This document shows positions 1-18,776 of a stretch of 64,000 nucleotides of DNA, piece after piece. The translations under genes and the position numbers were made by a program. How positions within the stretch are numbered: the stretch's first letter is position 1; the number at the start of each line of letters is the position of its first letter. The notes beneath the pieces were generated by a model that saw only the letters and a program-made list of their open reading frames with translations, was not told the origin of the DNA and did not search any database. The stretch is from Ptychomitrium polyphyllum (Eukaryota). The DNA lies in NCBI GenBank assembly GCA_973851085.1, contig OZ316775.1:16678001-16742000 (forward strand). Direction: 5' to 3'.

Positions 1-87
1 GTCGCTTCCTTCATCTCGCGCACGCTCACGCCTTCATCCTCGCCCGCTCCCCTTGCACGGCATCATCGTCGCGGAACCACGATTCGA

Positions 88-290
88 AACCCTAGGAAGC
101 GTGCCTCTGTTCCAATCTCCAAGAATGCTCTCTCTGTGGCGCACGCCCACGGCGTGATTCTGTGTGTCGCTCCTGCGCTTGTAGTGAGAACGCAATGAAA
201 CCCTAGGCAACGTTGGGCCCCTCTCCTACTGCAACCTGCAATCTAGGAGCGTAACCAGAGAGAGAGAGAGAGTGAGTGAGTGAGTGTATG
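88..290 (-). promoter_or_regulatory. Probable promoter/5' leader of a minus-strand gene that continues left of the window
   Basis: GC-rich start of the window with two telo-box motifs AAACCCTAG (88-96, 198-206), a site-II-like TGGGCC (214-219) and a GA/GAGT run (257-285). No convincing CDS inside the window. Confidence 0.35.
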
Positions 291-649
291 TGAGAAATCC
301 GAGTGACGGCGAAAGAGCGAGCAGAGCGTAAACTCGCCATTGACGACACTCCAGCCCGGACTTCCGGTGGCGCAAGGGCGCAGCGCAGCCCCTGCAGCTG
401 CGGTTCCCAGTAGGGATTCCGCTCCCGTGCGAGTGGACACCGCCATGTGTCGGTGAGTTTGTCCAGTGCACCTGCACATTTTTGGCAGTAGTGAGGCCGG
501 CCTTACACCTTGCGTCGTTGCCTTTGAGGCAATTTGGAGATGAAGGAGATGAGTTGGTCCCTACCTGGCAACAATCACCAATTATTGCGAGAACGGCTTT
601 CTGATTGCCTGTTTTTGGGATTGGGATTGCAAGAAATGGTGAGTCTTTG

Positions 650-2100
650 CCTTAAATATTCATCTTTTTAGATAACGTTCTTTTTATTTTTCTTATTTCT
701 CATAAGAAAAGGTAGAAGGTAACTTTTAGAGGTCTAACTTGCAAGTCATTAGAATTTGTTGTAATGTCTATCTTTACATGTATCTTAATAGTATTTGTAT
801 TTATCATTGAAGCACATACTTTAATGCTATAAAATTACATCCATTTGATTAATAAACAAATTTTGATATCAAGAACTTTGGGCCATTAATCTCATTCCAA
901 AAATAAGAAGGTTGAGTTTATAAGTGACACTTTTAAAAATCAAACATTTGGATAATTTTTTCATTTAAGGTTTGAGTATGCTTGAAATTTTATAAAGTAT
1001 AATAAATTATATCTTATTTTGAATATATTCTTTGAATCTTTCATCCAAAAAATTTCCAAAAGAATAAGAAGATACACTTGGATGCATGAAATTATGAATT
1101 TTTTAATAATTGGACCTTTCTTGGATTAAAATGTATTATAATTGCAAATTACAATAGTTTTATAATTATACAAACTCAATAATATCATTTTTAGATGAAA
1201 TATTAAAGCCTGATTGGAAATTGAAAGCTTTGGATTGAATACTTCAAAATTCAATATTTAGTTTATAATACTTCAAATTCATAATTTTTTTGCACATAAT
1301 GCTAAATAAAATTTGATTTTTTAATAAAAGCTCTAATATCTTTTAAATCACACAAACTGTAAAATATTGTACTTTTGGATGAAATTTTATTTTTGAAACT
1401 AGTTATTCAAAAGGCATTATAAAATGAAATGGAATTTTATATACAACATCAAATCCTTGGATTATAAAAAAAAATTATAAAATTATTATTTTAAATACTA
1501 ATTACCTTGTAAAACTACAACACACATATTTATAATATCACTTGGTTTGAAAAGGAACCACTTTTTTCATAATAAATGTAAAGTTATTGTTTTGGTAAAT
1601 TTAGCAATTAGATAATTAAATCCATTAATGTCTTTTTTCTATTAATAATAATTATGAAAAAAGAAAGTAATCATTACACACATATTCAATAACCACTAAA
1701 AACAAAACAAGATGGAAAATAAAAGAAAGTAGTAAAAATGAAACTATATGATTGTAAATGGACTTTGAAGTTGTAGTAATAGAGAAGAGGATAAATTTAC
1801 ACTTGTAGTGAACAAAAATTTATTGCATGATGATTTTTGATTGAAATTTAGGTGATTATGCATACATTAAGTGGTAGCTACTAATATAATATTTTTAGTC
1901 CAAAGGTGGGAAGGCTCCTCTGTATGCAAATGTTTTCTTCAAATATTCACTACATTCACCTTTACTACATGAGTATCTCTTGTTACATATGCAATAGACA
2001 ATAACTTCTAATAAGAAATCATGAAGTGATAATTTATGGTTCATTAATCGTTTTACATGCAAACGTAATTCTGCACCTATATAGTATATATTTAGGCACG
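650..2100. other. Very AT-rich intergenic block, possibly decayed transposon-derived sequence
   Basis: Sharp composition switch to A/T-dominated low-complexity sequence with no credible ORF. Similar blocks at ~10400-11500, ~17800-19800, ~22000-25100 and ~43100-45950. No terminal repeats recognised. Confidence 0.35.
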
Positions 2101-2870
2101 CAGTGTACGCAGTGGTATCTTTATCAAAAACCTGGCGTTGACACAATGCGTGTAAAACATACTTTTAATTCGTTTTCAAGTCAATTCACTTGATTGTACA
2201 ACTCTTGAAGACCTCTTTTAGAGATCTATAGAAGAAACGAATTATTCTAGAGCAAGTTGAGAGACAGGAGATGAAATTATTCTAGAGAAATCTTGCGCAT
2301 CTGAATCTAAACATAAGGATTTTTCTTGAACTTGAAGAATTGAGGCCACTGACCTAAAGTTTTTCATAAACACATTCGAATTCCATAATCTGCTCAAAAG
2401 TTGTACAGGTAAATGTACTCTTGATCGAAATTAAGCTACAAAGATGACTCAACAAGGATAAAATGCTATATTCTTCAAAGCCAAGCGAGTTTCGTGTATC
2501 TTATTTTGAAATATGTAAGAAAAAAGTTGTAGCTAAAAGAGCGCGGAGCCACAACCGCCTGAACCTACTGGACTGCTGGACTATCATCTTGCTGCTATTG
2601 TATTTACGGCTCATGGTAGAGAGCGCCATAAAGCTGACGCAGCGGCAAGAATAATCTTAAACTAGGCAGCATCGAACCAAGCTGAAAGTACATAAATCTA
2701 TTCAGCTGAAAAATACTTGGTGCAAAAATAGATCAGGTCAAGTATTGTGGTACGGAACTACTCAAACGCATAAGAACGGGTTGTAGAGCAGAGAGCACAC
2801 CAGTCAGATGAACACTGGAAAAGAAAAAATGTACAACCTCAAAGAAGGCGTGCCAGAGTGTTGTGCACAA

Positions 2871-7481
<4,611 letters not shown>

Positions 7482-8563
7482 TGTTCCTGCTTGCGTGATC
7501 CCTTCCCCGGATTCTCGTATGTATTAGAGTTTGATTTTCATCCTGGTTTGTGAATTCGTACAAATTTTTGACACCAACGCCGCATACAACTAAGGCTGGT
7601 CACCAACGCACAATCTACAAGACTAAATCCGCAACAAGTGTTCCACGGAAGATGTTTGAGATAGTTATTCAACAGCAGTAGAAGGTTCACGGGAACACAA
7701 GGGGACGACTATAGCAATCGCCCTATAAGGTGGGATGCAAGCACGAAAGTATAGCAGGCCTTGCGTTGATTGACCACCAAATACAGGAGCCATTCCTTTT
7801 AAGTGCGGTTGTTTGCAAGGAGTTGGTGCAATTGCCATGTAAACTTGTGGCATCCACCGCAAACTTCGAAACAAACCTGCTTCCTGTTTTAACTTTGCAC
7901 CCGGCTTGCATAACCATTCATCTTCTACTCTCAAAGTGGCAGGCACTAAAATGGTCTTCCCAGATGCAACCCTAACTCCAGTAGATGCCTTAAAGGATCA
8001 AACGGGAATCATAGCGTCTCCATCACAGCGGTAGAGAAAGCTGCAACAGCCATCTGATTCTAAAGTGGTCACCATCTCTACTTAGGTCTGTGGATGCCAG
8101 TGTTGACCTCTGAGGAGAATTTTACTGCATCATATAGTCTTCGGTGCCTCCTCCCCTCGCCACAATTGCGCGCAAAATCTACAATACTCAAGCGTCTCAG
8201 TGCACGCTACGAAGCCTTATCGTGCATGCGAGAGAAAAAATCGATCCAAGCAATTCAAGAACACTACTAAACCAGGGGATCGTAGTGACACTCCACCGTC
8301 ATGTATAAGAATATTGTCTCGCAGGAGATTGCGGCCGTACTCTGCCAAGACTAACGTAAGCGCGTTGTCACAGCTAAATGCGGAGTTCAATCGCCGTAAT
8401 TAAAGTCAACGAAAATATCTCGTGATAGAGAACTTAAAATTATCATCATATCAAACCTAAGCAGTTTCTCCACTTGCACCTTAACTGATGCTATGCAAGT
8501 CCTCTCTTCACCATAAAATCCAATCTCGTTGAACTATACAGGCGGGAATAAGATAGCCGCCAC

Positions 8564-8635
8564 CTCCACTTCAAGCAAACGTTTCTCCACTTCAAGCAAA
8601 CGTTTCTCCACTTCAAGCAAACGTTTCTCCACTTC
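8564..8635. repeat. Perfect 21-bp tandem repeat (CTCCACTTCAAGCAAACGTTT) x3.4
   Basis: Copies at 8564-8584, 8585-8605 and 8606-8626 plus partial 8627-8635, in the upstream/leader region of SnRK1. Confidence 0.95.
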
Positions 8636-11600
8636 TTGTCTTCCAAATCAAAATTGTACAAGCACCTGCAAACTTCTCGTGGACCACCTCCGCACTAAGG
8701 AAACACTCTCCGCAAAGAAAAGCTCCACGCCTAAGCAGCTTAAAACTCTCCGGAATTCTCCCTACAGACCGAAAACCGAAACTCCGCTACAACTAAGAAC
8801 ACAACCAACGACGCAGGCAAACGCACACGTCGTTCATCATGGCGGAGCGACTTTCCCTGCCGCAGAGTAGAAACTCCACCTAAACTGTATCAGAGACGCA
8901 AAAGAAAGATCCTAAACCACGGTTTCAGTTGCGAACGGTAGACTCAAGGCTTTCAATAGGGGGTGGCGGAAGGCGGAAGACGGAAGCCACTGACATAGTG
9001 AGAAAGGCCGCAGCGTGGTAGCGTGCGAGAAGATGATGTGCGGCATCGCAATTCCTGGCCAAGCGCATCTTCACAGTGAGCCACTGAGCTCCGCAATGAA
9101 GGCAGCATTCCACGTGCTCTCACTCGCAGTCATGAAGCGCGGCTCTCTCCTCGCAGTCCTCGGAGTCGTCGGGGCCCTCTAGCCTTTGGACTTTAGACTG
9201 CACAAACAGAAAAGGTTTCCTCCGCACAGCTTTCTGCGCGAAGTTTTCTCGACAAAGCTCTCGTCGCAGTTTTCTCTGCGGCACTACAGCAGAGTGTCCG
9301 AGCTTTCGCAGCCCCACGATATAACACCAGGACGATACAAAATCTACCTCGACTATATACATTTCGTTAATTGAACTCTGTGAAATCTGTAGACAAGGTC
9401 GAAATTATGAATAGTAAAGGAGCTCCACTATTTCTTTAATGGACGGCATCTACGGCTTTTAGAGACTCTAGGACACGAAATCTAAACGCTCCCTAGATAA
9501 CATGAACTTTTTGTACACCAGCGGCTTTTGATGTGCATCCCTCAAGAACCGCAACTTGGTATCATCTCTTGAGAATGGACAACAAGGGATGCATAACCGA
9601 AACCTTCTCTGTACCTAAAACCGACCTCAAGTACTCGTGGCGTACTGTTTACTGTTGACAAGGCGTCACTATACAAAAATTCGTCATCATCTATGAAATT
9701 TGTATAATTTATGAAGCGAAACGATGCAAAATGTAGGGGATTGATAGATGATGCCGATTTTGGATTCAGCGACGGTTTTGGGTGCGCACAACTCACTGTA
9801 GGCAATCCCTGAGTGAGGATAGTGAATGATGGGAAACTTGTAGAAGTGCCCAGTGCAGACATGAATGACATTCCATGGCCATCCTGCACGGGAACACGGT
9901 CATCAGGCTAGCACATGAATCCAGAAAAAATCCTGGATGTGGGAGGAATTCCAAGTTTTGAGGGGAGTTTCTGAAAAGGATGCACGCTGGCCTGCTTCAA
10001 TCTGTGCCACTACTGAATCCATAAACTAATCACTGTTTCAGCAAAATATCTTTTGCCAAGTTAGTGTAGAATGAAGAAAGTCAACAACCAGAAAAGTTAG
10101 ACAGTGATGCAGAATACTGTATCGTCTTTGATAAGTAAGTTGGGGCCTTCAAGCACATGTATGATGAGGAATTTTTAGGGGAGTTTGGAAGGCAGTGCTA
10201 GAATTGCATTCATAGGAGTGTCATTTAGGAAAGTTGAGTAGTGAATCAGATAGGACCATGCAGGAGAAGGCTTTTTTCCCAAAGTAAGGCTGGAAAGAGA
10301 TTTTTAGGACATTGGAAGGGAGGCATTCTAAAAAAATTCAAACAAGCATGTTTTTTATCTTTTTGAACTTTGTATGAATTGGTAGTTGATGTTATTAAAC
10401 ATTTAATATAAAATGTATTCCATTGATGTATCAAATGTTTTCATTTAGAGAAGGTGTACAAATACAACGTGAAATACAACGTGAACCTTTCATAATTTTT
10501 ATCATCTATATTTTATGTCAAAAATCTAATTGTTGTGTGAATTCTATTATTGCTCAATTGATGGAGAGGTGTTTCCATCTAGATTGAGTCAAGACTTTAA
10601 ATTGTTGGAAACATTGTCATGCATTTGTTGACATTGATGTCCAAAATTCCATAATTCCATTGGAATGAAGGAATATTTTAATGCACTTAATGGTCAAGAA
10701 TTCATAAGATATATTGAATTTAATAAACAAAATAAAACATGTTAAAATACAACAACTTTGATGCTTGATATGATTAAAGAATCATATTCAAAAAATTGCA
10801 TAAATCTAAAAAGTTAGTTGACCTTTCAATAAATAATTAAATGAAAAAATCTTTAGGATGTTAGAATAAAAATACAAGGTAAATTCATTAAAACATAACT
10901 CAATTTTATTTTTTCAATTGTTCATTAAAATTTGAAACAAGTCATTTTCACATTAGAAAGTGGCACATTATCAACAAATGATAATGGAAGCATACAATAA
11001 TGAATGCTCAAAGGCATGAGTCTAAATTGATGATTTGGTGCACAATTGCTTCAATTTGCAAAGGAAGTAATAAAGCAATGCAAAGTTATTGGAATATTGG
11101 ACTTATAAAAAAAATTGTAGCTCTTAAAAAATTAATATGTATACTCAACAATAAAAAATTAGAATGGTACATATAAATTTAGCAACTAAAATGTTTTTCA
11201 ATTACAATATCATAAAAGCATAAAGGTTATTTAAAATTTATCTAAAATTTTCTCAAAATGTTTGCATAGTCACATAGGGGGTTTGTCACTTCTTTTGAAA
11301 ATATATTTCTAAATTTCTATAAAATAGAGCTTTTCAAAATAAATATCATTTGCAATATATTTTCCTTCTTTACAAAAAATGCTTGTAAAACCAAAGAAGT
11401 TATTTCTTTCATTTTTTTGTGATAATTATATTATGTGAATAGGTGATTGTTAAGTATTACATTAAAATTGGAAGTGATTCCACAATGGCTACTCTAGTTT
11501 TTTAATACACAATCTCAAGTCAAGGTACTTAGACTCTAGTATTAAATGGAAGAATGTCCTACATTAAAGATGCAGGTGATTATGTACAAAAATAAAACAA

Positions 11601-13591
11601 TTGAAAGCAATTAATGAATTAAGAGCCAGAGAGCCAAAGGCAGGGCGTGTGACATGAAAGGGTGCTGATGTGGAATATGATTCAGAAATCCCAATAGCTC
11701 TGCATCTTGCATCTTGTGTTGAACATATCCAAGCACAATTAACATCTGGAGATGATTTTTCCAATTGTTCATCTGAGGTCAAGATGAATGTGATCTTGAG
11801 GTGCTGTGCTGATTTTTGATTAATCATTGCACAGTTTAAACACTATGCTTGAACTAGATTCAACACTCATTGCTGCTACTATTGCAGTTTCACCTCAGAA
11901 GGATTCAGACCCATTCATTAAGCCCCTATGAATCAAAACTTTTGTCCTCCCATATTAGGTTCAGCCACGTCCCCAGAACTGCGTGCCCATCTAGTTGGTG
12001 AAATCAGGGAAAGCACTGTCCAACATCTACTTTAGATGCACACTCCCACACAAACTGTTGTCAGGACTTGCACTAGTCATGGCCAGATGGCCAAGGATGG
12101 CCCTGAACCGCCAATCATTTTGTCACTGTCAATAGCATTACTGAAACTCAAATACTGGATTGCAGTTGTCCAATGTTCCTATTTTGATGAAACTCATGCT
12201 CAAGTGCCAACAAATAGCTGAATCTCCATGTGAATGCACACCTTTTGTAGAGCCTTGGGAGTTGAATATTTTTGGAACATGTGTGTATCAAGTTTAGTCT
12301 ATGATACTGTAACCAATTGCTTTATGAAATGGCTGCACTGGAATGGCTTATACAAGTGTTTGATGATCATTTACACTCATGGACAGCCTGTAAGTAAAGT
12401 GCACGATTTGTGAATATCTCTGTTTCCTTCAGTAGTCAAAGTAACCGAAGTAAAGAAAAAGACTTGCAACCCAAACCTTCTTAGATTTTTAGAGTATGTA
12501 GTGACAGATTTGATCACCAGACATTTAATGGATAATCCCGTTGATGAAGAATCGTACACTTACCCACTGATCTGCATCAACATAAATCTGACCTGAGGAT
12601 GCATTGTAAGTTCTGGTGAAAGATCACAAGTGAAGTATATTGATGAAATCCTCACACATTCGATGGAATATTTAAATATATCTGTGGTACCATCCACACT
12701 TTGATTGAACTGATTGAGAATCCTAACACTGTACAAGTGCCTGCAATATCCATATTACTCCACTTACAAGCAGGAGTTAGTTGTTGCGAGTCTAGATACA
12801 GACTATATTACACAGCCTATTCCACACCGGTGGTGACGATAAGAACAGTGAGCAGATCGCGAAGGTTAGGTTTCAGGTTCAGCATTTTGCGCAACTCCTG
12901 CAACAATTTATTTTCTCCAGGACGCATAAGGCCAACTTGAAGGCTGCTTGATGTGAGTATAGCCATGCAGCTCGCAGTTGTGATCGATGCGACTTGGGTT
13001 TCTGTTAATGAGGTGAGAATCAGTAAGCAATCAGTAAGAAAAACAAGAACAGTACAAGAAGAGCGAACATTCACGACAAACTGAAATACAAGAGCAACCG
13101 GAGAGAATGGTCGGGATCCGTGTGGGTTAATAATTACCTTGAGGCAAGAGAGCCACCGAGAACTTAGATCTCTGCTTGCCAATCCAGTTGGCGGAGTTAC
13201 GCTCAGCTTACATGAAAATTCCACCAGCTTCTTTCAAGGTCCTTCAACACTGAGAACCAGGTTGTCATTGCAGGTGAGTTCACCCGTGAAATCAAGTATA
13301 TGTATGTCTTAGCCAGTCTTTCCTCGAGTCGAAATGCATTCCAACATATGAAAGGGACGATGCTGCCGCGAATCGCTTTGCCCTGGAGGTAACGAGATGG
13401 CTGCAGCCGGAAACAGCCATGAAGCAGAGCTCCCTAAGCGGCTTTAGGGCATCTTAATCTAAAGCCAAGATCGGGCAGCTCCAAATCCCAGATCTGACGG
13501 AACTAACAAAGTTGTCGCAAGAATGTAGGTGCCGCAATATTGCAGCAAGTACCATGAATTTCCGGATCGCATGTGGCTTCGAGAGCCCAAG

Positions 13592-15899
13592 CTACGTGTT
13601 GTGTCGCAAACTCATCCTGGGGCCAGAGTCCTCCTTTAGTTTCGCCGATTGGGCTAATACGAAGTCCGGATTCCTGAAACACATCAGGAACTGTACAAGC
13701 CTGTAGGCATCCTCAAAGTTCGACATTGGGCCTAGAGAGACTTGAACGCAGGTAAAGTCCGAAGAGCGCTCATTGAAGACACTCAGGTTCTTCTTTCTCT
13801 GTGAAGGCGGCCCCAGCAGATTCGCCACGCCGGGGTTCAAGCATGAACCAACTCCAAGAGCTAAGCGGAACTTCGCAGCGATTTTTTTCACCAGCGTGGG
13901 TTTGATACACTCCCCGGTGCATTCCAGTACATTGAACGACACAATGTTGCCACGATTTTCTTCCGTGAAGGGACTATAAACATTCACCAAATGCCAGAAC
14001 TCGTCCTCGTGTCGCAGGGACTTGAGATTGTGCACAATCCAAAGTGATAGGGCCTTCACACGCTTATTAATTAGTCCGATCCCGAGAGTTTCCAGATGTT
14101 GCAAGCCAAAGTTGAGGCTAGCAAACAATAGGAATGGTGGAGCCTCGTCTTCACAGACAATGTGGTAGTCTTCCCCTTGCCACGAAGGCACCTTGGGGGT
14201 CAACGTGATGGTTGTATCTGATTCTCTAAAATCAGTTTCAGGGATTCTATTGACAGTAACACAGAATGTTGATCTCTTGACGAGCAAAAACCCCATGCTC
14301 GACGGGTATCCTACCATGTTTTCGAATGATCCAACCACAAAGTCGGGCTGGTGGTGCAACAAATCCAGCGGAGCCGTCGGTAGGAGCGTGGACACATCAA
14401 GCAGCACTTGCCAACCCGATTTATGAGCTTTCTCGACCCAATCCAAAGAATGCTGTATTCCAGTGATGTTTGATTGGGCCGGATACACGAAGAGGCTCCC
14501 GCTTGGGTGGAAGAATCGGCGCTTCAACAAGGGCGCCAAATTGGTCTTCGTCATACAAAGGTCATTCTCACCGAGGGGAGCCAAGATAGGCTGTCCTCCA
14601 ACATTCGCAGCAGCATTTATAAGCTGTGGTTAAACGGAGTAACGAGGGTCACAGAGTTAGTCATTGCATCGTGAAGGTCACCAATATTGTCTTGGACGTG
14701 ATCAAGACATACAACACTTTCACTGAAAGCAGGAACCAAAATACTATTAAGCGCTGGAACATGGTCTATTGTTTTGCAGAGAGAAAGTTTACCTGACGAA
14801 CACATTCATGATTATCTTGGCACACCAAGAGAGGACTCCCTTTCCGAAAAGGATACGCATTAGACACTAAACGATATGCAGTTCGGTAACTCGTTGTGAA
14901 CACAACAGAGTACGCAGATTTCGAAGTGTTGAACATTCTCAACAAACGTAACTGAACATCGGACACATGTTGGAGTAGATGATTTGCCAAGTTGTTTCCC
15001 AAACAATGCTCCTCTGCCATCATGACTCTCGTATGCTCCTCTGTCTGCAATTCCATAAAGCAACAGTACAACTTAGTATGAATCCGGCTATGGTGTTCAT
15101 CATACAAAAGAGTTCATTTTCATAGACAAAAACTAGACATGAAACAACTGAAGAATTTAACCGACTGCTGGTCTAAGAAACTCTCAGAAATCATTAGCAG
15201 CCATGGACTTGCTCAGGTGGAACTGACCTGAAACTTGGAGGAAAGAGCAAAGTTGGCATAGTCCATATACGTTTGCCGCTGCAATCCCAGATCGGGGTAC
15301 TCGTCTCTTCTCACCATTTCAATCATCAAGGACTCACGGTACTCCTTGTTGGCCTCAAGAAATCTCTGTTCCGCCTCATTGTAATCGAAAAATTCGTCGG
15401 TAATATTTCCGTCCAGAGATGACCAGGTGGAGGAAATGGACGATGTACGATCCAGGCTCTGAGTGGGTTCAAGACCAGAAAATGGAGTCGGAACGTAGCC
15501 ATATCTCGGAGAATCAAGCTTAGAATTCATCAGTTCTTGTTGTAACAACGCTTTCCTATTAGACTGCAAACCACTTGGTGGTCTCGTTGCAACCACTGGC
15601 GGTTCAAGGATTCTCCTACTGTCGCCATTGGAGTGCAGAGGCAGATCCAATTTCGAGGTCCAGAGATTCTCTGTAACACGTTCTCTAGCATTTCCCTTCA
15701 CGTTTACTTCCGCATTCGTGTCTTTGAAGCGAAAAATCGTTCCCTCAGAGAAACTCTTCAAGTCTGTCGGGATCGCCTCGACATCAATGGAATGCTTCAT
15801 GCTGCGCTCGAGCTTCTTGGTCGGAGTTCCACAGTATGGTGAAAGATGGTCACTCTCCCCAAGTGTGACAAAATCCATTCTATTACCATGGATTTCCAT
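13592..15899 (-). CDS. Molybdenum cofactor sulfurase-like / aminotransferase class V (NifS-fold) protein, no MOSC domain, probable pseudoenzyme, ~651 aa
   Basis: Exons 15899-15228, 15044-14793 and 14623-13592 join in frame. Motifs RRDEYP..TYMDYA, YSVVFTT, DNHECV, LFVYPAQSNITG, WQVLLD, PDFVVGSFENMVGYPSSMGFLLVK, RGNIVSFNV, VQVSLGPMSNFEDAYRL. An AG acceptor at ~15918 is followed by six in-frame codons before the ATG, so the N-terminus may extend further upstream. Confidence 0.85.
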
Positions 15900-16171
15900 C
15901 TCATCGTCACTAACAATCTGTCACACAAAACCAAACGCCAAACTCAGACTCAAGTTACTCCCGATCGCACGTAGGCTTCAGACCATCCAGTCAACACCAC
16001 AAGTCCAGACCCAGTACAACACCATCAACCTCTTCAAGACTCCCACGCCGACTCCTACTCAGACTCCTACTGAACAGGTCGACACGCCAATAACCAGTCG
16101 AAAGAGCATACGAGCTAGAAATCTAACAACGCTATATCAACAGCGAGTATATGCAGCGCCGCACTGCTGTT

Positions 16172-16174
<3 letters not shown>

Positions 16175-16247
<73 letters not shown>
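16175..16247. repeat. (CT/GA)~36 microsatellite upstream of the sulfurase-like gene
   Basis: Uninterrupted CT dinucleotide run; GAGA-type element. Confidence 0.95.
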
Positions 16248-16252
<5 letters not shown>

Positions 16253-18702
16253 CAACAACGCCATGGACTGCTCTACTGCAAAACGAAAGGAGGACTCGTA
16301 CCGGCATTGTTCTAGATCGCAGCTTCCCCGGAGAATTAAACATCGTGGCACCTCCACCTCGACAAGCTCAACTTCTAACCGCAAATCTCAACCGGCATAC
16401 TGCATTGTCTTGTCGCTACTTGACAACCGCACATGCTCTGGACTGGTGTCAATCGCTACAAAGGAACGCAAGAAACCGCCGTATCCCACACCTCCTTTTC
16501 GAGAGGCGGCACGCTATCCGCTAGCGTTCCTTCGCCTCACCGAGCACGTCCGTAGGACTGATCCTCCTTTCTCCACAAGTTCCAAAGTTTGACTTTAAAC
16601 CTCCCGTGCTGAGGCGGCCTTCACCCCCTTTCCGACTTCTCCTGCTCGCTAAGTTAGCTCAGCTCTCACAGGCACAAGCTCACAACCGAGAATTCGCCCA
16701 CTGCCACCAGTAAACTTTCAAGCCTGTCATATGCCGTAAAAGCATGCTCCTGTAGCCCAACGTTTACTAAATACCAGAATGCACTCGCCAAGGGTTAATT
16801 TTAGGACTTGGCAAGCGGGTTGCCGGAGATCCCTGTCAAAGCTACCTTCCGGATCATCCAGCAATTCCGAGAAATCAAAGGAAGCGACTGGTTATAATTA
16901 TATACCATGCTCCCACTTCGAGTAACTTCCATCTTTTGCCATTGGCGCAATCAGGGAGATGTATGCAGTCACAAGTTGGTTACATGCACGTGAGGGATGT
17001 AATTATCTGACATACTGTGGAACTACATTCGGTACGACGCGGTAAGTTTAGAAGGGCAGGAACTGAAATCTCCCTCGTCTTGAACCGCTGCCATGCCGAG
17101 CTACAGGAGCTTACAGACTTGAATGTTCAAACTTCATAGTAATCATGGAGCAAATACTTATAATCCTTTGGGCATTAATAGAATGAATACTATAATGAAG
17201 AAGCATAGCAATACTAGCTTTAGCTGAACTTCAGTTGAGCTGCCTGGGTCACATTCAATGGTCACATGAAGGAAGTTTTAAAGTCCTTCTTTTCGGCTAT
17301 GGCGGGCAAGGGCAAGTCAGAGTTGGCATTTTTGGCACCAGGTAGTAGCCTTAGGTATTTTTTTGGCACATGAAAATAGATGGAATGCAGTGATTTATTT
17401 CAAACACGAGATTATAATTTAGACAGAGTCACTTGATCGCAGGCAAGCCCCAACATAGCACCTCACTCACCTTCTTCCCTCAAAAATAGGAAGGAATGGT
17501 TCTCATTCGTGTAAATCATTTTTCATCAATAAAAGTTTTCATGCTGCAAATCTTTGAATAATGTGTCTTTGCTATGACATCTTCTGTTATAACCCTTTGT
17601 GCAGAGTCACTAGTTGCACAAATGGAGGAGTTCTTTGATTGGTCAGTGCTAATTCGATAGAATTCTAACTTAAAGTCTTTCTGGAGCCTCCTAAAAGGCA
17701 CTGATAACCATACTTGTTCTTTGTAGATGAGTATTGGATGAATGAAGTATACTACTTTTGTACCAAAATCCATCATCTAATCTAAGAGTTGGATTAGGAT
17801 TTGGAAGATACAATACATTTTTCCTCCCTCCAATTTTTTCCTTACCTAGTTAAATGCTTTTCTACTTACTACTTTTATCTTCCTTATCTTTCTTGCCACT
17901 TTGATTGTTAATGTTCTTTGATTAATTTATCCATGCTAACAAATTTTCTTTGCCTTCTTTATGCATCATGGCCTTCATGCATATTACTCACGTTCAAGTT
18001 CTCCTCTTTCTATATAAGAAATATACATGACTTGTATTTTTGTAGAATTTGTAGTTATGGGTTGCTTCTAGAGTTATAATTAACTATTTTGAAAATGTTT
18101 ATTGTTGTGCAATTGTTATTTTTTATACTAGTTGTGGTTCATAAATAAATCAATGCATGGAATGTATTGTTGTTGATGTATTAAGCCTAAGAGGACTAAT
18201 ATAAAGCATGGTGTTAATATTGAAGATTCAAAATACAAAGTCTATCCATTGTCAAACAAACAATATCAATTATTTTCAATTGACACCTTTTTTCTCTTTA
18301 AACTTTGGCCATGAAGAATTTAATTTTGTTGCATGTATTTCAAGGTATGAGAACTTTAAGATAAAGAGTTAAATTTTTGGAATGAATTAATGAACTATTT
18401 ATATTTAATTTAAACTTTCATATTTAAATATGAATCTTTTTGAAACTTGCTTACTTTATTTTAATAGATATTGCATGTTTCTTTTTTGGAACAACCAATA
18501 TTTTATTTTTCTTAATGATTTTATACTTCTTTTACTTTTGTTTAATGTTTAAAGTTTTTTAATCAATTAGGTTTGAAATCCTTTTCTTCAACCATAAAGA
18601 TTTTTAATTTCTAAGACGATTGTTCATATAAATATTTCTTTTAATATGATTTATAATAAATCTCCTTCTTTTTTCTTCATTTGAATTTAATTAATTAATT
18701 TA

Positions 18703-18705
<3 letters not shown>

Positions 18706-18733
<28 letters not shown>

Positions 18734-18776
18734 TTATTTATATTTATTTATTTATTTATTTTATTTATATATATAT
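18706..18776. repeat. (TA)n microsatellite and TTTA low-complexity run
   Basis: TA run at about 18706-18730, then TTTA repeats and a second short TA run. Confidence 0.85.

Noticed and set aside
7665..7946. Possible uORFs upstream of SnRK1
   Set aside because: The longer one starts with GTG, and both lie upstream of a likely acceptor at about 7615, so they may be intronic. Not supportable without transcript data.
8564..8635. Possible CRISPR-like array
   Set aside because: Head-to-tail repeats with no spacers, eukaryotic context, no cas genes.
8529..8870. 113-aa ORF with SKRFSTS repeats
   Set aside because: Non-ATG start; the repeats come from the 21-bp minisatellite.
16115..16384. ORFs with poly-ER
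   Set aside because: Translation artefacts of the GA microsatellite.
15628..16524. 298-aa + strand ORF
   Set aside because: Antisense to the sulfurase-like exon 1 and extended by the (CT)n run (poly-SL). No recognisable domain.
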